From the NCBI GenBank assembly GCA_963729895.1, contig CAVSQB010000023.1:7594-71593 (forward strand): a stretch of 64,000 bases of DNA, written 5' to 3'. Under the pieces are notes generated by a model. That model had not been told where the DNA came from, made no database searches, and worked only from the letters and a program-made list of their open reading frames with translations. Source of the stretch: an uncultured Fibrobacterota bacterium (GTDB taxonomy: Bacteria; Fibrobacterota; Chitinivibrionia; Chitinivibrionales; FEN-1185). Every line of letters starts with the position of its first letter. Positions within the stretch are counted from its first letter, which is position 1. Position numbers and translations under genes: made by a program. Below are positions 35,726 to 45,273 of the stretch, one piece after another.

Positions 35726-36531
35726 GCGGCGCTTCCTTCTCCTATCCCGGCGGGATTCAGGCGCTGAACGACATCACGCTCTCTTTCAACGCCGGTGAGC
35801 GCGCGGCAATAATCGGCGCAAACGGCACGGGCAAGTCTACGCTTCTGATGCTGCTTGATGGTTTGATTTTTGCCGACAAGGGCGCAGTGTGCGCGTTTGG
35901 AAAAGACCTCACCGAAAAATCCATGCGGGACCCCCTGGTTCAGCGCGAATTCCGACGCCGGGTCGGATTTGTGTTTCAAAACCCCGAGGTGCAGCTCTTT
36001 TGCCCGACGGTCAGGGAAGACGTCGTGTTCGGGCCGCTGCAGCTTGGCGTCGACCACCGGACTATTCGCCAGAGGCTCGATGCAATCGCGGACAAAATGA
36101 GAATATCGCACCTTCTCGACCGGTCGCCGCACCAGCTTTCCATCGGCGAAAAGAAGAAGGCAGCTATCGCTTCGATGCTCGTAATGGAACCCGAAGTCCT
36201 GTTGCTTGATGAGCCCACCGCCGGGCTGGACCCGCAGACGACCAGGGACATAATTGAGGTTCTCCACCAGGCACATTCGGCAGGCCGCACCGTGGTCATG
36301 GCCACGCACGATCTGTATATCGTTGAGGAGATTGCCGATGTGGTGCACGTGTTCGGAAGCGAGAGGACCGTCATCAGGTCAGGCAGCGGGGAAGAAATAC
36401 TTGCGGACAACCCATTTTTGCAGGCCAACAATCTCGTCCACATTCACGTTCACAGGCACCTTAACGTAACGCATACGCATCCGCACGACCACGGCCACAC
36501 ACATGGCCGCGACATCAGTTCCTTCCGGTGA
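35701..36531 (+). CDS. cbiO: ECF transporter ATPase CbiO with His-rich C-terminal tail
   Basis: Walker A (GANGTGKST), signature (LSIGEKKKAAIA) and Walker B (LLLDEPTAGLD) motifs. The C-terminus reads HIHVHRHLNVTHTHPHDHGHTHG. Confidence 0.85.
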   Translation: MAQPVFSLSGASFSYPGGIQALNDITLSFNAGERAAIIGANGTGKSTLLMLLDGLIFADKGAVCAFGKDLTEKSMRDPLVQREFRRRVGFVFQNPEVQLFCPTVREDVVFGPLQLGVDHRTIRQRLDAIADKMRISHLLDRSPHQLSIGEKKKAAIASMLVMEPEVLLLDEPTAGLDPQTTRDIIEVLHQAHSAGRTVVMATHDLYIVEEIADVVHVFGSERTVIRSGSGEEILADNPFLQANNLVHIHVHRHLNVTHTHPHDHGHTHGRDISSFR

Positions 36532-36570
36532 TTTTGGCAGAATCCATCGATGCATGACGCGCAGGCGAGG

Positions 36571-36607
36571 GAGAAAAGAAAGACCGCCCGGGATTTCCCG
36601 GGCGGTC
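36571..36607 (-). terminator. Rho-independent terminator of the small secreted-protein gene
   Basis: A 12-bp perfect stem (GACCGCCCGGGA-TT-TCCCGGGCGGTC) is followed on the minus strand by TTTCTTTTCTC. Confidence 0.7.
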
Positions 36608-36650
36608 ATGACACAAACCCCATAGTCGAAAAATTCACATCGAAGAAAAA

Positions 36651-37067
36651 TTACTGAGCAGGAGCTGCGGCAGGCTCAGCAGCGGCCTTCTTGTCGGCTT
36701 TCTTCATTTTTTCGGCTTTGGGAGCTGCAGGAGCGGCAACGGTAATCTTCTCGGCAACCTTCTTACCGTCGACCATTTTGCAGGTAATCGTCAGTTTGGA
36801 ATCGGCCTTGATATCGCCGAGCTGTACAGTCTCTTTTCCGCTCATGATCTTCGCGGCAGCGTCAACAGAGAGAGTATCATCTTTCTTTCCAACTTTTACG
36901 ATAATCGTGTTGGCAACAGCGTCAGCGGAAACAAATGTTCCCTTAATGGGAGCTGCAGATTCCTTCTTTGCGCCTTTTGCAGCTTTGGGAGCGGGAGCAG
37001 CGGCTTCCTGAGCGATCAGAAGGCTTGTGCATGCGAGAACGGCGATCAACACCTTGGCGAACTTCAT
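36651..37067 (-). CDS. small secreted Ala/Lys-rich protein, function unknown
   Basis: Signal peptide (MKFAKVLIAVLACTSLLIAQEA), low-complexity A/K/P termini and a beta-rich core. An AAGGAG ribosome-binding site and a sigma-54 promoter lie upstream. Confidence 0.6.
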   Translation of the reverse strand: MKFAKVLIAVLACTSLLIAQEAAAPAPKAAKGAKKESAAPIKGTFVSADAVANTIIVKVGKKDDTLSVDAAAKIMSGKETVQLGDIKADSKLTITCKMVDGKKVAEKITVAAPAAPKAEKMKKADKKAAAEPAAAPAQ

Positions 37068-37158
37068 GAGACACTCCTTTTGTGATGGTTAAAAAGTTAA
37101 TTAATATGGGGTTTGATTGTAACGGAAATCCTTGTTTGGCTAACCGGTCCTATGAAAA

Positions 37159-37174
37159 AGCAAACCATCTGCCA
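37159..37174 (-). promoter_or_regulatory. sigma-54 promoter (TGGCAG-N5-TTGCT) for the 36651-37067 gene
   Basis: The minus strand reads TGGCAGATGGTTTGCT, with GG and GC at consensus spacing. It lies about 90 nt upstream of the ATG, adjacent to an NtrC-type activator gene. Confidence 0.7.
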
Positions 37175-37440
37175 CAAGAAAGTAACTGTGTATTCAGTTA
37201 CATAACTCGCTATATAATAATACATTGCAGCTGAGGTGTTATTCAGAAGATGGGAAAACGGAGAGACAACTTAATCGATTTAAATACGAAATGGTGCATA
37301 GACAGCATACCAAAAAGTAAATCCTCTCACGCATAAGGTTTGTTTACTGGACAAAGAATTGGGAGGCTGCCAGCAAGAAGAACCGAAACTAACCAGGAGG
37401 ATCGACTAGAATTTCATAGACTCTGCTGATCAACCACCCT

Positions 37441-38787
37441 CTAACCTTCTTTTAATCCGAATTTCTCAGCTCTGTATTGAAACGTCCGGTAGGTCATTCC
37501 CAGCAGCTTTGCGGCGTCGGCCATCACCCCTTTCGAACGAAAAAGGGCCTGGGCGAGAATGCTTTTCTCCCATTCTTCAAAAACAAGGCCCTCCTCGGGC
37601 AGATCGCAGGCGGAAGACAGGGGTGCCGTTACGTGTGCTATGCGTAGTTCAAGAGGAAGATCCTCCGCTTTTATGAAATCGTGGCTTGACAATACAGTAA
37701 TTCTCTCCATTACGGCTTCCAGTTCGCGCACGTTGCCGGGCCAGCCGTATTCCTTGATGAGTTTCATGGCCTCGTTGTCTACGGTCTTCGGCCGGCCGGA
37801 GCGGCTGATGAAGAACTTGACCAGAGCTTCGATGTCTTCGACGCGCTCACGAAGCGGCGGTATGGTGATGGGTATGATGTTGAGACGGTAGAACAGATCG
37901 TCGCGAAACGTCCCTTGCTTGATCGCCTCTTCCAGGTTCTTGTTTGTAGCGGCAATGATGCGGATGTCAACGGGAATACTCTTGATGCCGCCGACCCTCC
38001 TGATTTCGCGTTCCTGCAGCACGCGGAGCAGTTTTGCCTGCGTCGACAGGGACATGTCGGCGACTTCGTCGAGAAACAAAGTGCTCCCATCCGCGGATTC
38101 GACAAGGCCGGTCCTGCGATTCTGCGCGCCGGTAAATGCACCCTTTTCGTAACCGAAAAGTTCCGATTCGAGCAGGGTTTCGGGAAACGCCGCGCAGTTT
38201 ATGCTCTGCATGGGCTTTCGCCCCCGATTACTTTGATAGTGAATGAGCCGGGCAATTCGTTCCTTGCCCGTACCGGACTCGCCGCGAACCAGTACGGTGG
38301 AATCGCTGGCAGCCACGCGTTTCACGATTTCCAGAACATTTTTCATGACGCTCGACTCCGCGACAAGCCCGGTGGTGAGTTGCTTTGTAAGCTCGGCGCG
38401 AAGCTGCTCGCCCTCTTCGCGCAGCAGGTATTTCTCGGCCGCCCGCTGCACGACAAGGATGAGTTCATCACGTTCGAGCGGCTTGTTGAGATAATCATAT
38501 GCGCCTGAGCGGATGGCTTTGACCGCGGTTTCAACAGACCCGAAGGCCGTGATGACAACAATTTCGGGGCGAACGACAAGTTTTGCCACTTCTTCCACAA
38601 GCACAAGCCCGCTTTTGCCCGGCATTTTGAGGTCGGTGAGCACAACCTGCGGCCGGTTGTCGTAGATCTGGGCAAGGGCTTCGTCAACGGTAGCGGCAAC
38701 AAGAAGCGAATGTCCTTGGGAGCCAAGGATGCTCACCATGATATTGCGCTGTCCTGCATCGTCGTCTACAACAAGAACTTTCGCCAT
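37441..38787 (-). CDS. sigma-54-dependent response regulator (NtrC family)
   Basis: A receiver domain (DDD...DLKMPG), an AAA+ domain with GESGTGKE and the GAFTGA loop (EKGAFTGA), and a C-terminal HTH. Confidence 0.9.
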   Translation of the reverse strand: MAKVLVVDDDAGQRNIMVSILGSQGHSLLVAATVDEALAQIYDNRPQVVLTDLKMPGKSGLVLVEEVAKLVVRPEIVVITAFGSVETAVKAIRSGAYDYLNKPLERDELILVVQRAAEKYLLREEGEQLRAELTKQLTTGLVAESSVMKNVLEIVKRVAASDSTVLVRGESGTGKERIARLIHYQSNRGRKPMQSINCAAFPETLLESELFGYEKGAFTGAQNRRTGLVESADGSTLFLDEVADMSLSTQAKLLRVLQEREIRRVGGIKSIPVDIRIIAATNKNLEEAIKQGTFRDDLFYRLNIIPITIPPLRERVEDIEALVKFFISRSGRPKTVDNEAMKLIKEYGWPGNVRELEAVMERITVLSSHDFIKAEDLPLELRIAHVTAPLSSACDLPEEGLVFEEWEKSILAQALFRSKGVMADAAKLLGMTYRTFQYRAEKFGLKEG

Positions 38788-38808
38788 TTCTTTTCCTTCA
38801 CAAAGTCA

Positions 38809-40269
38809 TTACACAGGTGCGGATGCCGTTTGTTGGAGAGAAACGCCTTCATCCTGATTGTCAAGAGGCAGAAGAATTTCAAACTGGGCTCCGCCTTCGG
38901 GGCGGTTTCCTGCAGTAATGGTACCGGCATGTTCCTCGATTATCCTTCGGGCGAGCGCAAGTCCAAGCCCGGTCCCGCCGGGCCGCTTGCTGAAATACGG
39001 TTCAAAGATTCGTTGCAGGTTTTCCTGAGCTATGCCGGCTCCGGTATCCATGATCTTTATGAGCACGCGGCGATCGCTGACGGGTTGCACCAAACAGTAA
39101 ATTGCGCCGTTTTCAGGTACAGCTTCAATTGCGTTGAGAAACAGGTTAAGAAACACAAGCCGCATCTGTTCGATGTCCGCGTTAATTTCCTGCGACGGAG
39201 TGCCGGTAAAGGCAAGGGATATGTGTTTCGCAATCACCTGCTGCTTGATGAGTATCTGAAGCTGTTCAAAAAGTTCTCCAAGGGGGAATTTGGTTTTTTT
39301 GAGCCGCGAGGGCCTGCCTATCGTAAGAAACTCGTTCACCATTTTGTTAAGCTGCTGTACCTCCGCTTTAAGGGCGGCAATCAGTTCCGCGTAGGAGCTG
39401 CGGCGGTCCTCGTTTTCCGGAACATACTCATGCCCCAGATGATCGGCCGTGAGGTTGATGAGGTTGAGCGGGTTCCGTATTTCGTGCGCAAGGCTCGACG
39501 CCATTTCCGCAAGTATCGCGTGGCGTTCCAGCGTGCGCAGCTTGTCCTCGAGTTGCTTTTGGACGCTCAGCTTTTGCGTCATGGTGTTGAACGATTTTGT
39601 CAACCGTCCCACCTCGTCGCGGCCGGAATGGTGAAGTTGCAAGGTAAGATCGCCCGACGCCACGTGCTCCGCGGCGACCGAAAGCTCGCGAAGCGGCTTG
39701 TTAAGACGGTACAGGACAAAAAACGATACCAAGAACATGATGAAGAGCGCAATGGATGCGATGGTGACGGTTCTCAGGTTTAACTGGCGCGTAAGAATGC
39801 CGAAATCATTCACAACGATGGATGTTTGAAGGACGCCGATGACCTTGTTATTCTGGATAATAGGGACCTGGACAAAATCGTAACGTACCGGCCTTCCGGC
39901 GGAATCTTCTGCGCCGTATTGCGCCTTGACGATAATCTCCTTTCCGGAAAGCAGGTTGCTCTTTTGACCTACCTTTTTGGGATTGCTGCTGGCAACGATT
40001 TTCTGGCTGCTCCCCACCACCGACACCTCGCGCACGGAGGTGTTGCTTTTGACTTCTTCAATGAATTTCTCCAGCGCCTCGGTATCGGGTCCCTTTCTTG
40101 CGGCAAGCTTCTGTGTCGAATAGTGCACCGTGTGTACGATATCCTGAATATCGCTCTCAAACTGCCGGATAATGAGGTGCTCGAACTGTATGGTAAAGAA
40201 CAGCATGAGCGCAACCACAATGATAAAGAACGGCGCAAAAACAAGAAAGAGTTTGGTTTGGAAACTCAT
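38809..40269 (-). CDS. sensor histidine kinase (TM-sensor-HAMP-HisKA-HATPase)
   Basis: Two TM segments flank a periplasmic domain, followed by a HAMP domain, an H-box (LAHEIRNPL), and N/G boxes (NAIEA, DTGAGI, GGTGLGL). Confidence 0.85.
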   Translation of the reverse strand: MSFQTKLFLVFAPFFIIVVALMLFFTIQFEHLIIRQFESDIQDIVHTVHYSTQKLAARKGPDTEALEKFIEEVKSNTSVREVSVVGSSQKIVASSNPKKVGQKSNLLSGKEIIVKAQYGAEDSAGRPVRYDFVQVPIIQNNKVIGVLQTSIVVNDFGILTRQLNLRTVTIASIALFIMFLVSFFVLYRLNKPLRELSVAAEHVASGDLTLQLHHSGRDEVGRLTKSFNTMTQKLSVQKQLEDKLRTLERHAILAEMASSLAHEIRNPLNLINLTADHLGHEYVPENEDRRSSYAELIAALKAEVQQLNKMVNEFLTIGRPSRLKKTKFPLGELFEQLQILIKQQVIAKHISLAFTGTPSQEINADIEQMRLVFLNLFLNAIEAVPENGAIYCLVQPVSDRRVLIKIMDTGAGIAQENLQRIFEPYFSKRPGGTGLGLALARRIIEEHAGTITAGNRPEGGAQFEILLPLDNQDEGVSLQQTASAPV

Positions 40270-40445
40270 GGCACCGGATTGGAAAGAAGGTGGATTGCTG
40301 AAATATCAACTAAAATAGTACCTCTGCCGCAACAGGAAGCAAGATTTCTTGCGAGGGGGCGTCCAGTATGGGAGGGCCTCCTCATGCGAATCCGGAATTC
40401 GGCGGAACATCAAATTATGTATATTGAACACCGGACGTAGCGAAC

Positions 40446-42071
40446 GTGAATCTCCGCTCCCGACTTCTTATGGCTACAGAAAAGAAAAAAGGCGCCGGCC
40501 GAGACGCTTTTATCAAGGTGACGATCCGAGGCGCGAGCACCGCAACCGTTCTTGCCCGCAGGGGGGATGTGTTGCTTGATGTACTGAGAAAGGCCGGGGC
40601 CGAGGTCTTTGCGCCCTGCGGCGGCAAAGGCATTTGCAGGAAGTGCCGCGTTGAAATCGCGGAAGAAGGAGCCCGATTTGCGTGTAAACACCTGCTTGGG
40701 CGCGACGTGGAGGTGGTCCTTCCGGCGCGCGGCAGGGCCCGTATTGTTGAATCGGCTCGTGGGAAGCCCAGAGCGGTTGATCCCTGTACCGGAATTGATG
40801 CAACGTGCACGCGCGGTCGTATCATGGTTTCCTACAAAGGCCGGCGAATCTGCACCTTTCAGGGGAGGCCGCGAGACGCACAAGACCGGTTCGGGCTGGC
40901 AATCGACATCGGCACCACCACCGTTGTTGTCTATCTTGAAGACCTGGCCTCCGGATCAACCGTCGGCACAAAATCATTTGTCAATCCTCAAACCGCGTAT
41001 GGCCACGACGTCATAGCCAGGATTCAGTACACCGTGGAGCACCGAGAGGGGCTGCGAGTTCTGCGCGGCAGCCTTCTATCGGGAATCAACCAAGCGGTGA
41101 AGCGCGTGTGCAAGGAAAACGGGGTCGGCTACCGCGCCATCTACACCGCCGCCATTGCCGGCAACCCCACAATGCTCCACATTTTCCTGGGCAAAGATCC
41201 GTCCCCAATATCGCGTGCGCCCTACAGGCCTGTCTTCACAATTGCGCGCGACGCAACCGGAAAGGCCTGCGGACTTCGCATGAACCCGCGGGGAGTCGTT
41301 CGCGTGTTGCCGTCCGTGTCCGGCTATGTCGGCGCCGACATCACCGCCGGTATTGCCTCCACGCCGATGACCGACAGCAAGAACTTTTCCCTCTACCTCG
41401 ATATTGGGACAAACGGAGAAATGGCAGTGGGCAACCGGGACGTTTTGTATTGCTGTTCGACTGCCGCAGGGCCCGCTTTTGAAGGCGCTACCCTTGAGTG
41501 CGGCATCGGCGGGATTGAAGGCGCAATATGCTCGTTTGCCGACGGCCGGTACGCCACCATCGGAAATTGTCCCCCTGCCGGGATCTGCGGATCGGGCATT
41601 GTGGACTGCGTGGCATGGCTTCTTACCAAAGGGATAATCGACCGGAGCGGGCACATGGAGACAAACTATGTACTGGAGAAGAGCGAATACGCAGCCGCCG
41701 GACAGGATATCGTGATTACCCCGGGCGATGTGCGGAAAATTCAGCTCGCCAAGGCCGCTACGTACGCGGGGATACGAATACTCCTCAAGAGCGCGGGCAT
41801 CAAAATTGACGCAATCAGAACCCTGTACCTCGCCGGCGCGTTCGGCACTTTCATGAACGTGAAAAGCGCGGCCTCAATCGGCATGATACCGCGCGAACTC
41901 CAAAACAGGGCTGTATCCATCGGCAATGCCGCGGGTACGGGGGCTCGGCTCGCGCTGAAGTCGGTCCTGTTTGAGGATTCGGTGCGGAAAATCGCAGCAA
42001 TGGCCCGTTATCTCGAACTGTCCGGACGGGAAGATTTTAATGAAGAGTATGTCAACACCATGGGGTTTTGA
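40446..42071 (+). CDS. 2Fe-2S ferredoxin / ASKHA-ATPase fusion (RACo-like, DUF4445 family)
   Basis: An N-terminal plant-type ferredoxin motif (CGGKGICRKCRV) is followed by an actin-like ATPase fold (DIGTTTVV, DIGTNGE). The start may be the ATG at 40470. Confidence 0.65.
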   Translation: MNLRSRLLMATEKKKGAGRDAFIKVTIRGASTATVLARRGDVLLDVLRKAGAEVFAPCGGKGICRKCRVEIAEEGARFACKHLLGRDVEVVLPARGRARIVESARGKPRAVDPCTGIDATCTRGRIMVSYKGRRICTFQGRPRDAQDRFGLAIDIGTTTVVVYLEDLASGSTVGTKSFVNPQTAYGHDVIARIQYTVEHREGLRVLRGSLLSGINQAVKRVCKENGVGYRAIYTAAIAGNPTMLHIFLGKDPSPISRAPYRPVFTIARDATGKACGLRMNPRGVVRVLPSVSGYVGADITAGIASTPMTDSKNFSLYLDIGTNGEMAVGNRDVLYCCSTAAGPAFEGATLECGIGGIEGAICSFADGRYATIGNCPPAGICGSGIVDCVAWLLTKGIIDRSGHMETNYVLEKSEYAAAGQDIVITPGDVRKIQLAKAATYAGIRILLKSAGIKIDAIRTLYLAGAFGTFMNVKSAASIGMIPRELQNRAVSIGNAAGTGARLALKSVLFEDSVRKIAAMARYLELSGREDFNEEYVNTMGF

Positions 42072-42178
42072 GAAACGTTCGATCCGTTTCCCTCCGAGGA
42101 AATTTGCAAATTCGCACGAGGCGGCAACATATTTTTTAAGAAACGGATCGTGCAAAAACAAGAAAGGGATTTCAAGGC

Positions 42179-43144
42179 ATGCGCATCCTTTCGGGCATCC
42201 AACCCTCGGGAACGCTTCACGTAGGTAATTTCCTCGGCATGATCCAGCCAATGGTTCAGTCACAGGACAACAGCGAGCTGTTCTGTTTCCTGGCCAACAT
42301 GCACAGTCTCACATCGGTGTTTGAGGCGTCGCGGCTTCAATCGTTTACAAACGAAGCGATCATCGATCTGCTTGCACTTGGCATGGACCCCGAAAGATCG
42401 GTATTCTGGATACAGTCGGACGTACCGGAAGTCACGGAGCTTGCCTGGTATCTCAGCAATGTCACGCCCGTGGGACTTCTCGAACGCTGCCATTCCTACA
42501 AAGACAAGGTCGCAAAGAACCTGCCTGCCAACAACGGATTGTTTTCCTATCCGGTGCTCATGGCGGCCGACATTCTTATGTATCAAACAAACGTGGTGCC
42601 CGTCGGCAAAGACCAGAAGCAACACGTGGAAGTCGCGCGCGACATTGCCATCAAGTTCAACCAGGCCTACGGAGAGGCGTTTACCGTACCCGAGCCGCGC
42701 ATCAGGGAAGAAGTTGCCGTGGTCCCCGGCATCGACGGCCAGAAAATGTCGAAGTCGTACGGCAATACCCTGGACCTCTTCGCTCCCGAAAGTCAATTAA
42801 AGAAGAAGGTGATGAGCATCGTGACCGACCCGACGCCGCTTGAACAGCCGAAAGATCCCGGCAAGAGCACTGTATTTGCCATATACAAACTGTTCGCATC
42901 GCAGGAGAAGGTGACCTCAATGGAACAACGGCTTCGCGCGGGCGGGTATGGCTACGGCGATGCGAAAAAAGAGCTATTTTCCGCGCTGTGGGACTACTTC
43001 TTGCCTTATCGGAAAAGGCGGGAGGATATCAGCAAGAACCCTGATTACGTTGCCGAGGTCAGAAGAAAAGGCGCGCACAAGGCGCGGGAAGCAGGGCTCC
43101 CGACGCTCGAGAACGTGAGAAGATTGGTCGGTGTAAAAGCCTGA
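42179..43144 (+). CDS. trpS: tryptophanyl-tRNA synthetase
   Basis: 321 aa with a HIGH-type motif (GTLHVGNF) and KMSKS. Confidence 0.9.
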   Translation: MRILSGIQPSGTLHVGNFLGMIQPMVQSQDNSELFCFLANMHSLTSVFEASRLQSFTNEAIIDLLALGMDPERSVFWIQSDVPEVTELAWYLSNVTPVGLLERCHSYKDKVAKNLPANNGLFSYPVLMAADILMYQTNVVPVGKDQKQHVEVARDIAIKFNQAYGEAFTVPEPRIREEVAVVPGIDGQKMSKSYGNTLDLFAPESQLKKKVMSIVTDPTPLEQPKDPGKSTVFAIYKLFASQEKVTSMEQRLRAGGYGYGDAKKELFSALWDYFLPYRKRREDISKNPDYVAEVRRKGAHKAREAGLPTLENVRRLVGVKA

Positions 43145-43219
43145 GCAACCCGCCGGTCCGGACGATGTCCCGAGACGCGGTACGGCGAACTCAATTCCGA
43201 GTCGACTTCCTTCCGAAGG

Positions 43220-43879
43220 TTATGGTCCTCTCTTCAAGCGACCCCCCCGGTCTCCCGACAGCATACCGAAAAGTTTTTTCGCGCCGTCTTCCACGAGAGT
43301 AAGCGCCGGACTGTCCTCCTCCTGCTTGACCGCCACATTCCAAAGCGCCCTGTTTTCCGAAACGTCAATTATCGAGCACAGGTATTCGAGTTTCTTGTTA
43401 AAGATAGTCCCGTAGGAATTCACGGTGCCGGTCTTGTCGGGCCTGAGCCCCACCGACTGGAAATGGTACAGCCGCATCGCGTAGACGAGCACCACGACAT
43501 CGATGCCGTCCGCCGCGAGGCGCCCACGCGCATCGGAAGGGAGGCTGTCGATGGTGTCGTTGACATAAGCGTATCTTGCATGCAGCAGGCTGTCGACGGC
43601 AGGATCCATTGCCTGCCATCCAAGCCGGGATTTTTGCACGATCTGCGCAAAATCTCTCAAGAATGCGTCTTGCGTTCTTGATTTGTCGATGCTGTGGTAG
43701 CTCTGGTTGGTAAACCTGTTCTCGTAGTAGATTTCCGACGATGTTACTATTGGTTTGCCGTAGGCAACATGCTTTGCGGCAATGGTCGAATAGGCGAACA
43801 AATCCGGCGTGTTTGTGGTCACGCGGGGCGGCGCGCACATCAGAGCCGGCATGCAAAGCAGAAGCGCCAATTTTCTCAT
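43220..43879 (-). CDS. hypothetical exported/lipoprotein
   Basis: The internal Met at 43879 gives the signal MRKLALLLCMPALMC. I recognise no family. The longer ORF-track N-terminus is Arg/Pro/Cys-rich and looks non-coding. Confidence 0.45.
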   Translation of the reverse strand: MRKLALLLCMPALMCAPPRVTTNTPDLFAYSTIAAKHVAYGKPIVTSSEIYYENRFTNQSYHSIDKSRTQDAFLRDFAQIVQKSRLGWQAMDPAVDSLLHARYAYVNDTIDSLPSDARGRLAADGIDVVVLVYAMRLYHFQSVGLRPDKTGTVNSYGTIFNKKLEYLCSIIDVSENRALWNVAVKQEEDSPALTLVEDGAKKLFGMLSGDRGGRLKRGP

Positions 43880-43947
43880 GAGGCGATCAACCGTCAGATC
43901 ATGCCGGGAAAAGCAAGGGACGGGAAAGTCGTCTTTGGGGATCGGTG

Positions 43948-45273
43948 TCACATCGTTCTGCCCCATTTGAGCGCGTTTGCCATAACGCCGAAATTCAGGT
44001 CGGGCTGGACATATTCCTGGCCTTTTTGCACAAACGGTATATAAACGAGAGAGCTTGACAACAGTGACAGCGACAGATTTCTTATCTCCGGGAGGGTCTT
44101 CTGTCTGGCCGGGCTGATGTCGCCCAGCACAACACCCGCCGCCTCGAAGCCTTCGCGTGCAGGCAGCGTCACCGGGTAGAACGCCGAATCTTTCGGGAAC
44201 ATCCCGGCAAATGCAGTTTCTTTCTGGTTGAGCGTCATGAGTCTGGCAAGCAGGAGGAACAGGTTTGGGTTGGCCTTGAACGCAGGCACCCAGAAATAGA
44301 ATTTCTGGCGCTCCAGTGCGGGGAACACCGGCCGCGGCGTTTTTGTCAGGCGGATGAAATCGGCGATCGAACCCAGCGCCAAGGGCTTTGCGGAGACATC
44401 CAGGCGCCAGAACGGGAGCCACAGGTCTGCGGCAATGGCAGAGCTGCACAGAAAAAGATCAAGCGGCGCCAGGCCTCTATCGGCCGCGCTCCATGCCCGG
44501 CCGCAATTACCGCACACCAGCGCGAGGCTGTCGTTTTCGGCCCCGAGGCCCGCCCCGCATTCCGGACACAGCGTGGAAATAAAAGACGGCCCCGGCGGCC
44601 TGCAATCGAGCAGCTGCACGCTGTTTTCCGGCCACGGTTTGAGCTTCTCGCCGGTTATGCCGTCAAAAAGAAAATTCCGGCTGACATAAAAAGGGGAATA
44701 CACCAGGCTCACCAGCTCGCCGATCAGGGCCTCAACCGGCTGCACTGCGGCAAGGGTCCGGTTCTCCGCCACCAGTGTTTCGGCGTGGTGCAAAGACGTG
44801 ACTGCCTCCACGAATTCCTTCTGCCGTGCGAGCGAATGCGCCGCGTTCGATTTTACTGATGCGAAATCCGATTGCGGAGCAAGAAAAACGCCCGTGGACA
44901 AAGGCTCAACAAATTTCATGTGAAGCGTCTGGGAGCGTATCCCGAGCGACAGGGGAAAAAGGGAAGGAGGATTTTGTACTGCGCACATGCTGTGGTCGAC
45001 AAGAGATGGCTCCACGCCGCCGGAAGTCAGGATATATCGCGTTCCCTTGCACCGCCAGTAGGGAACAAAAAAATATTCCTGTTCTCGCGTAGGAGATCCG
45101 GGAAGATACAGGGACGGAAATTCCTGAAAGAATATAAAGAGCCGCACGCGGCAATACGGGCAGGAAAAAATACGGTCTGTTTCCGACAGGCTGATGGCCG
45201 CGCCGCACTGGGGGCACTGGTGATCCAGGATATAGTTAGAGCCGTTCACCGCACTGATTGCAAAATGTTGCAT
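43948..45273 (-). CDS. two-module zinc-ribbon protein, function unknown
   Basis: 441 aa. CPQCG..(14)..CPYCR lies near residue 20 and CPECG..(12)..CGNCG near residue 245, each followed by a roughly 200-aa domain. It overlaps the upstream SPFH gene. Confidence 0.6.
   Translation of the reverse strand: MQHFAISAVNGSNYILDHQCPQCGAAISLSETDRIFSCPYCRVRLFIFFQEFPSLYLPGSPTREQEYFFVPYWRCKGTRYILTSGGVEPSLVDHSMCAVQNPPSLFPLSLGIRSQTLHMKFVEPLSTGVFLAPQSDFASVKSNAAHSLARQKEFVEAVTSLHHAETLVAENRTLAAVQPVEALIGELVSLVYSPFYVSRNFLFDGITGEKLKPWPENSVQLLDCRPPGPSFISTLCPECGAGLGAENDSLALVCGNCGRAWSAADRGLAPLDLFLCSSAIAADLWLPFWRLDVSAKPLALGSIADFIRLTKTPRPVFPALERQKFYFWVPAFKANPNLFLLLARLMTLNQKETAFAGMFPKDSAFYPVTLPAREGFEAAGVVLGDISPARQKTLPEIRNLSLSLLSSSLVYIPFVQKGQEYVQPDLNFGVMANALKWGRTM

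Noticed and set aside
43937-43952. Fourth possible CRP-type site, GGGGATCGGTGTCACA, upstream of the 43879 lipoprotein gene
   Set aside because: Only one half-site matches (TCACA). The other is 3/5, and it overlaps the stop codon of the upstream gene. This is insufficient evidence.
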